Origin: an uncultured Acidobacteriota bacterium | GTDB lineage: Bacteria > Acidobacteriota > Vicinamibacteria > Vicinamibacterales > UBA2999 | Assembly: GCA_963793705.1 (NCBI GenBank) | Contig: CAWCBC010000013.1 | Location: forward strand, 14,600 to 78,599 | Direction: 5' to 3' | DNA length: 64,000 nt | Program-made: the position numbers and the translations under genes | The notes under the pieces: model-generated | What the model was told of the DNA's origin: nothing | What the model saw: only the letters and a program-made list of their open reading frames with translations | Databases searched by the model: none | Shown: positions 57,028-64,000 of the stretch, piece by piece | Layout of the letters: each line of letters begins with the position of its first letter | Numbering within the stretch: the stretch's first letter is position 1

Positions 57028-58776
57028 GACCGCTGTGGGGCGGGCGCGGCCGAAGGCGGACCCGCCAGAACCGATGGCGACGAGGGCCCCGAGCGCCGCG
57101 AAGTTCGCCACCATCGCCGAGCCGCCAAAACTGACGAACGGCGTCACGACACCGGTCAGCGGGACCATCCCAAGCATGCCCGCTGCCATCAGCACCACCG
57201 GAAAGATGAGGAAGAGCGTGAGGATGGTGGCGAGAAAGAATGCGTAGTCGTTCGGCGCGTGGAGCGCCGCTCTGAACCCGCGCCAGCCGATGATCGCGAA
57301 CGCGCCGACGACGCACAGGAGCCCGACGAATCCGAGCTCCTCGCCAATTGCGGCAAGCGGAAGATCGGTGTAGCCCGCGGGGATATACCGTGTGTCGCCA
57401 AGTCCGAGGCCGGTGCCGAAGAGCCCTCCGGTCGCGAGCGCCCACATGGCCTGCGCGATCTGGTCGCCGCCGCGCGCCACGTTGTCCCACGTCGATTGCC
57501 ACATGTTCACTCGCGCAGACAACGTCGACGAGATATTCAGGGCGTAGCCGGCGGAGAAACCGGCGGCAAGAACCATCAGGCCGGCGACCGCGAGGCCGAT
57601 GCGGTTGCGGGCCAGCGCATAGATCGCCAGGAAGACGCAGGAGACGAACAGCGCCGGGCCGAGGTCCCGCTGCAGAAAGAAGAACAGCAGCGCTGCGGCG
57701 ATGCCAACCGCCACGGGCAGCACATAGTCGAATCGGGGGAACTGAATCCAGGTCGGCAGCCGCACGTCGCGGATGGTGCGGCCTCGAATCTGTCGCAGCA
57801 GTTCCCAGCGCCTGGCGAAATAGCCGGCGAGGAAGAGTCCCAGCAGCAGGCGGATCCCTTCGACCGGCTGGATGGGCCCGAGATTCACCCTGGCGTTGCT
57901 GCCGACGGGACCGCTGCCAAAGAGCAGCAGCATCGCCGACAGGCCGAGCGCACCGGCCAGCGGCACATACGTGAACGTGGCCAGCGTCGTGCGCCGGAAG
58001 TCGATCAGCGACACCGCCGCGAAGCCCAGACAGCCGATGAGCACGCCCTGCGCATATCGCACGAACAGCGCCGTGTCGCGCAGCGGATCGGACCGGCTGA
58101 GCACGACCGCAAAACCGATCGCCGTCAGCAGGTGCGCCGCGCCGAGAAGCGCGTAGTCGCCTCGACCGGAACGACGCCACCAGACGAGCACGACCGCCCA
58201 GATGGCAGCGAAATAGATGGCCGCCCATCGAAACGTCTGCTGCCGAAAGGCCTGCGCCGTGCGCACGACCAGGCGCGGCTTGATGGCCGCCAGGTCGTCC
58301 GACGTGAGCAACGCCAGCCGTGTGGGGCGCGGTGCCTGCTGCGCTTCCGCCCGCTCGACGGCCCGTCGCAGCCGCGTCTGATACTCGAGCGAGGCGCCGC
58401 GTTCGATGGATTCGGCGGACACGCCAGCGCCCATGACGGCGCCCACGTTCGCAATGCTGCCTTCGTCCGTGCGAAGAGCGACCACGAACGCGAGCAGTTG
58501 TGCCGCCGCGAACCGCCGATCCGCGGCGGAGGCGAACGCCGGCTCCAACGCGCGTTCGAGCTCGCGTGCGTCGGTGACCGTGTTGAGGTTGACGATCGAC
58601 GCGGCGGGTGCGGTCGCGGCACTCACCCGGGTTCGTCCTGCGTACGACAACCCGATGGCCATCATCGCCACCAGCGTGGTGAGGACGAGAAGGAGTTGAT
58701 GCCGATCGGGCTGATTCGCGCGGCGAACGCCTTCCAGCCGGTCACGCTCGACCGCGGGAGTGAAGGTGGCGCTCAC
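57028..58776 (-). CDS. SEDS-family (FtsW/RodA) peptidoglycan polymerase with about 190-aa N-terminal extension; no stop codon before the PBP module in the printed frame
   Basis: SEDS core ...GPIQPVEGIRLLLGLFLAGYF...LQRDLGPALF...GGDQIAQAMWALATGGLFGTGLGLG...PAGYTDLPLAAIGEELGFVG...TGVVTPFVSFGGSAMV. The N-terminal part has one TM and a segment IVNLNTVTDARELERAL. Confidence 0.8.
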
Positions 58777-58806
58777 TGTTCGCTTTCTTCGACCGCGGTC
58801 ACGCCT

Positions 58807-60745
58807 TCACCCAGACGTCTCCTCGACCTGCAGCAGCGCGCGCTGTGTTCTGGCGATGTTCTGGGGCACGTTCGCGAGGCTGCCGGCGTTGCCGTAGTGG
58901 GTCAGCGCGAACCGATAGGCCTCGGCGGCGCGAGCGAGATAGTCGCGCTCCTGCGGCAGGCCCTCCAGTTGCCGCGCGGTTCGCACCATCGCGGTGCCGA
59001 GCGAACGATAGCCATCGGCCAGCAATGCCGCGTCGCGCTCGCTCACGTCGTACTGGCGATCCTGTGCCTGTTTGAGCGCGTCCGCCCCGCGCTCCACATC
59101 GTCAAGACCGACGACGAACGTTCGGAACAGGCCAAGGAACGGATCGAGCCAGTTGGAGCGCAGCTCGTGCGCCTCGCGGAAGGCGACGATGGCTTCGCTC
59201 AGCTCGCCGCTGCCGGCGTCGCCATCGCCTCTCAGCTTCTGCGCCTCTCCGTTGATCCGGTGCAGATGGCCTTCGCAATAGCGCAGCGCAGCCCTGGAGT
59301 TCGCGTTCGTCGCCCGCCCTCGAGAGCGCACGCGACAGCGCGTCGCGGGCCTCTGCCCACTGTGCCTCGCGGACCGTCGGCGACGGGCTGCGATAGTTCG
59401 CGAACACGCGGTCCGCGAGCGTGGTGGTTCGATCGACCAACGCCTCCTCGAGCTCTCTGACGCCGAAGCGCAAGTTACTGCGATTCCTCAGCTCGTCGTA
59501 GTCGTGCCAGGCTGCCGGCAGCTGCTCGAACCCGTGCGTCGACGCGGAGTGCGCCAGCCGCCCCGCCTCCGCGCCGATCGAGCACTCGTTGACCGTCAGG
59601 CCAAGGCCAACCAGCAGCAGCGCGGCGCGAAACAGACGACCGAACCGGCTCGGCGGAGCCTTCTTTACGGGTGCCGGGGGCGGCGCAGACACCACCGCGG
59701 CTATCGGAGGCTGCGGAGGTACCACGGGCTTCGGGAGAGGCGGCGGTATCGTGCGGCGCGTTTTGTCCGCATCGACATCCTCCTGGCGCGGTCCGGCCGC
59801 CGGACGCCGCTTCGGACGCGGCGAGGTTCGCCTGGTCGCGGCATCGTCGTACGCGCGAGCCGGCCATCCAGCTTCTTCAGCGCGGGTCTGTCGTCCCGCC
59901 TTGAACCGCTCGAGGTCCTCGCGAATCTCCCGCGCGCTCGCGTAGCGCTCCGACGATCGCGGGTCGAGAAGCTTGCTGACGATCGCCGCCAGGCCAGCGG
60001 GGCACCGTTCCATCAGCGATGGCGGCGGACGCCGTGCGAGGATCAGGCGCTCGAGCCGGCGGGTATCCGCAGCCTGGAATGGCGGTGCGCCGCGGAGCAT
60101 CTCGTAGAGCACGACTCCGAGGGCCCACAGATCGGCGCGCGCATCGACCTCCCCCGTCTCCAGCCGTTCCGGCGAGAGGTAGGCAACGCTTCCGAAATCG
60201 TTGCGCGTCACTTTCCTGCTCAGCGACAGCGCCTTCGCGGTGCCGAAATCGAGCACCTTCACTTCCTGCGCTGATGTGATCCGGACGTTCCTCGGCTTCA
60301 AATCGAGGTGCAGCAGCGACTGGAGGTTCCGGCCGTTGATGACGGCCTCGAAGGCGTGCGCGTCTTCGAGAAAGCGCGCCAGCTCCACGGCGATCTCGGC
60401 GGCCCGCGCCGGCGGCATCGGCCCGTGTGACACGAGCTCCGAGAGGTTCTCGCCGTCGAGATACTCCATGGCGACGTAGAAGTAGCCGGAGTCCTCGTCG
60501 ATACCGTATTCGTAGACGGCGGGCACATGGGCGCCGCGCTCGCTGAACCGCTTCTGCAGCTCGGCGCCGAACTGCTCCGCCTCGACGATCTCCTGCGCTT
60601 CTTTGTCAGTGCCCTGCTGAATGAGCTTCAGCGCCACCCGCTGCTTGGCACGCGTGTCCAGAGCCAGGAACACGACGGCCATGCCGCCGTGGCCGATTTG
60701 CCGGAGGATCTCGTAGGGCCCGACCTGTTTGAAGACGGTGGTCAT
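58807..60745 (-). CDS. Ser/Thr protein kinase with one TM and extracytoplasmic helical (TPR-like) domain; frame correction near 59320
   Basis: GHGGMAVVFLA, VALKLI, HLDLKPRNV, DFGTAK, AYLSPE. Pro-rich linker, TM LFRAALLLVGLGLTV. The C-terminal part continues in ORF 58807..59331. No PASTA-like repeats seen. Confidence 0.85.
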
Positions 60746-62409
60746 CGCGGTGCGGAGGATCGAGTTGGCGCGGTCGTGACAAACCAGTTGTCGCGCTTCA
60801 CCGCCGCGGCAGCCGTATCGCTCAGCCCGGTGAACGACGCCTCGCTCATGCCAACAAACACATTGCTCAAGAACGTCGGCGACGCCCGCTGGACGATCAC
60901 GGCAGCGGCGGCGCGATCGGACCGGCCGTTGCGCTCGAACGAGTTGTGGGACACGCGCGGAGTGGCGCCGTCACGAACGATGAGCGCAGGACCGGAATTG
61001 TCGCGAATGTCGCTCGCCATCAGCGCAGACGTCCCGCCGCCCTGCGAACTCCACGCGCAGCCCGGGTCGCACCGGTGATTTCGACGTCGCGGATCGAAAC
61101 GGTCGAGTTCTGGACAAGGATGCCAACGGGAAGCGGAGTTGCCGAATCACCGCTGACCCTAAATCCTACGAACTCGGCGCCAGAGACGTTCCTGGCCAGG
61201 ACAGCCGGCACCTCCGCCGCGTCCGGCACCGCGGCCGGGAGCCGGATGATGGCACCACCTGGCACGCGACTGACGAGCCGGACTCCATCCTTGAGCGTCA
61301 ACGGTTCGCGATACTCGCCCGGGCTCAACGATGATTTCCGATCCTGGAGGGGCATCACGCATCGCGTCGGCAATCGACTCGCCTGGCGACACCGTTCGCG
61401 TCAGGGGCTGAGCCAAGGGCACGGCTGCCAGTCTCCGAAGATCGTCCAGGGTCCACCCATACTTCCATTGAGCGAACACTCCGGCAATGCCAACCAGCAG
61501 CACGATCGTGGCGAACTGCACCGAGCGGCGCCTCAACCATCCTGGTCCAGCGGCTCGCTGTGCATCGGACGCCATAGACGCCGCTGACGAGCGGGACTGA
61601 ATTGAGGTCCGCCCGTAGTTGCTGGCGGCGAACTGCTCTCCTTCGACATACACGACGGTGACGTTATCCTTGCCGCCGGCCGCATTCGCCGCGGCAATCA
61701 ATTCACGGACGACCGAGTCGGGGTCGCCGGCCCACTGACTCACCGTTCTGGCAATGGATACCGAATCGACGAGATCGGTCAGCCCATCGCTGCAGATCAG
61801 GAGCGCCGCGTCAGGTTCGAACGCCACTTCTCCGACGTCAATGAAATCGCGATCGCGCCGATCGTGAAACTCCGAGCCGACGTCGCGGTAGACCTCGTTG
61901 CGGCGCGGATGCCGCATCGCCTGGCGTTCGGAGATCTCGTTGGCATCCTCGCGCTCGCCGACGGGCGAGTGGTCGCGCGTCAGCTTTTCGATGCTGTCCC
62001 CGCGCAGCTTGTACAGCCGCGTATCGCCGACATGACCGAAGGTCGCCTTCCCGTTTCGCACGAGCACGGCGGTCAGCACGCAGGCCATGCCGTCCCATTC
62101 AGCACGGGTCGCGGCGAGCCGGTAGACGTCGTTATTCGCGGCGGTGATGCCGTCGCGGAGACGATTGGCGGCGGATCCGAGATCCCGCCCGAGGTATTCC
62201 TTCAGGATCGACTGCGCGACGTCCGCGGCTTTCCCGCCGGCCGCCTGGCCGCCGACTCCATCGATCACCATGAAGACGCCGCGATCGGCGTCACAGTGGA
62301 AGCGATCCTCGTTCACTTCGCGCTGCAGCCCGGCGTCGGTGCCGCCGGACGCACGCAGCGCGTCCTGACCGCCCGGATCGGTTGCCGCCGCGGGAACAGC
62401 CCTAGTCAC
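60742..62409 (-). CDS. PP2C-family Ser/Thr phosphatase with one TM and extracytoplasmic beta-helix-like domain; two frame corrections (near 61340 and 61020)
   Basis: GGTDAGLQREVNEDRF...FMVIDGVGGQAAG...ICSDGLTD...GGKDNVTVV (PP2C). TM FATIVLLVGIAGVF. Then SIADAMRDAPPGSEIIVEPG / EYREPLTLKDGVRLVS...FVGFRVSGD...ILVQNSTVSIRDVEITGA / ASDIRDNSGPALIVRDG...VSHNSFERNG. The stop overlaps the kinase ATG. Confidence 0.8.
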
Positions 62410-63447
62410 GATCGGGTAGCTCCGCCCACGCGTAGAGCGCTACGAGCGCTACAAGCGCCAACAAGAACGCGAATCGGGCCCACAACAGGATCGTCATTTG
62501 GCAGTCAACCCGCGTGAACTCGAGGAAGACCGTCTCCGCCAGGCCGATGCGGGCCCGGTCGGGCAACGGCGTTTCCACGCCTGTCTCACGCCTGACGCCG
62601 TCCACGTCGTCGTAACCGCGCGGCACGTGTCGATTATTGAGCGTCGTGCCGAGCGTGCTCAGGTCGGTCAGGAAACACTGACCGGTCGTCGGATCGCGGC
62701 GGATGCGCGCGTGCTCGCGCGAGACATCGACCGACGACACAATTTTGACGTCCACGGGGCGCGAGCTGCCTCCGCGCCCGATCGTGACGGCGTCGGTCGT
62801 GATGTCGTAGGTGTGCTGTCCGGATTGATCTTCGTACGTGATCGTGGCGAACGGCCTCAGCACCGGCTGCTCGCGGGTGCGCACCGTTCGCTCCTCGGCC
62901 TGCCCACCGGAGCCTTGGCGAAGGTGGGTCGCCGTCCGCTCCACGCTCGTTCGCTCCATGGGCGTCGTTCGCTCTTCGTCGTCGTTCGTTCGCCGACGTG
63001 CGTCGTAATCCGCCGCGTGCGCTCGCCGACGCCAAGCTCTGGCTGCGCGGGCAGCACGAGCTCGGAGTCGATCAGGATGTCGCCCTCGGCGAGCTCGCCG
63101 TCCGGATCGGGCACGAACTCGACATGCCACTCCCCTGTCGGCGTCTGTATCTTGGGCCCGGTCTCGCCGAAGAAGCGCCCGCCGTAGCGGCGCAGCCCGG
63201 ATGGGTTGTTCAGGCGATCCAGCTCCTCGCGCAGGGCGCGAACCGTCTCGTCCTGAAGAATGGGGATGATGCCTTCGAGACGGGCGAACTCGGCAGGATG
63301 GAGGTAGACAATGTACCGGCTCGGCGCCAGCGTGGAGTATCTGAGCGTCTCCAGGTTGCGCCGCATGTTCTCGACGACGGCGGCAATCAGATCGCGTGCG
63401 GGCCGGCGCCGATTCCCGGCGACGGCGGCGCTGTCGTTGGTTACCAT
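62402..63447 (-). CDS. FhaA-like protein 1: DUF3662-type N-terminal domain + FHA domain + C-terminal hydrophobic segment; frame correction near 63000
   Basis: MVTND...ARDLIAAVVENMRRNLETLRYSTLAPSRYIVYLHPAEFARLEG... (62857..63777 frame), then ...VTIGRGGSSRPVDVKIVSSVDVSREHARIRRDPTTGQCFLTDLSTLGTTLNN (FHA), then MTILLWARFAFLLALVALVALYAW. The stop overlaps the PP2C GTG. Confidence 0.75.
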
Positions 63448-63492
63448 GTCCGCGCCAGCATTGCACCGATCCGCACGGAGAGTCTTAAGGAA

Positions 63493-64000
63493 TTGCCAAA
63501 GGATTTCCAAACACCCGCCCTGACGCTGCGGTTCGGCGACTTCCTGCTCGACTCGAGCGCGCGGCGCCTGTCGCGCAGCGGCAACGACGTCCGGCTGTCG
63601 CCGAAGGCGTTCGACCTGCTGTGCGCGCTCCTGGCCCGCCGGCCGGATGTCATCGTCGAAGGGCGACCTGCTGGAGGCCATCTGGCCGGATACCAACGTC
63701 ATCGAGGCCAACCTCAACGTCGTCATCGCCGAAATCAGAAAGGCGCTCGGCGACGATCGGCAGGCGCCGCGATTCATCCGAACCGTGCACGCGGTCGGAT
63801 ACGCCTTCTGCGGTCAGGCGATCGAAGTCGACGAAGCGGCCGCGCAGCCGGCGTCGCGCTGCTGGCTGTCATGGAAGGACCGGTCGTTTGCGCTGTCGGC
63901 CGGCAACAACACCATCGGCCGCGATCCGCGCAGTGCGGTCTGGCTCGACGATGACAGCGTGTCACGACGTCACGCGCTCATCGCCGTAGACAAGGATACG
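63493..64000 (+). CDS. OmpR/CadC-type winged-helix DNA-binding domain fused to FHA domain (3' end outside window); frame correction near 63655
   Basis: LRFGDFLLDSSARRLSRSGNDVRLSPKAFDLLCALLARRPDV / SKGDLLEAIWPDTNVIEANLNVVIAEIRKALGDD...FIRTVHAVGYAF (wHTH), then NTIGRDPRSAVWLDDDSVSRRHALI (FHA start). The second part is in an open frame with no Met, so it is absent from the ORF track. Confidence 0.7.

Noticed and set aside
56857-59460. 867-aa ORF on the plus strand, the longest in the window
   Set aside because: It is antisense to the well-supported SEDS, PBP and kinase genes. Its composition is dominated by Arg/Gly/Ala/Pro (RRRQDRCGAGAAEGGPARTDGDEG...) with no recognisable motifs. This is a typical shadow ORF of a GC-rich genome.
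1-64000. Programmed ribosomal frameshifting as an explanation for split genes
   Set aside because: The breaks occur in more than twenty unrelated genes, in both directions. They often lie at plain C/G homopolymers, without slippery heptamers or conserved downstream structures. Indel error or decay is more parsimonious.
1-64000. tRNA genes
   Set aside because: I scanned for T-loop-like GGTTCGAATCC/GTTCAAATC motifs. The only ttcgaa hits are inside coding sequence or the 9-nt repeat, and they have no acceptor or anticodon arm context.

Overview
GC-rich bacterial chromosomal window. It is probably Acidobacteriota; this is inferred from a TIGR03435-like and a TIGR03436-like (VWFA-related Acidobacterial domain) gene and cannot be verified without a database search. 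I support about 45 protein-coding genes. I found no rRNA, tRNA, CRISPR array, transposase or integrase. Main caveat: more than twenty genes need one or more reading-frame corrections, often at C/G homopolymers, so many ORF-track entries are pieces of one gene and many gene ends are approximate. Content in order: secreted hydrolases (amidohydrolase, sulfatase, carboxylesterase); OmpA-family protein; cytochrome c' lipoprotein plus paralogous membrane proteins; MATE exporter; pseudokinase-PEGA protein; a decayed, gene-poor stretch (17.4-21.3 kb); PQQ sugar dehydrogenase; nucleotidyltransferase plus EEP nuclease/phosphatase pair; ferredoxin; UbiB/ABC1 kinase; AddA/AddB-like helicase-nuclease pair; pdxH; clpA-clpS-aat N-end-rule cluster; gluQ; HExxH/TolB/Omp85 fusion; BON lipoprotein; RRM-RGG protein; beta-helix protein; STAS protein; aminotransferase. 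The window ends with a Ser/Thr-phosphosignalling cell-wall module: two FhaA-like proteins, PP2C, STK, SEDS, bPBP and a divergent wHTH-FHA regulator. Three kinds of structure are not explained by the genes. First, a family of GC-stem hairpins with a T-N-N-A tetraloop and a flanking GTAG, whose TAG serves as the stop codon of several genes. Second, short tandem repeats with 7-9 nt units, less GC-rich than their flanks, with a different unit at each site, filling gene junctions just upstream of start codons. Third, repeat or hairpin insertions inside or between the addA and addB genes.
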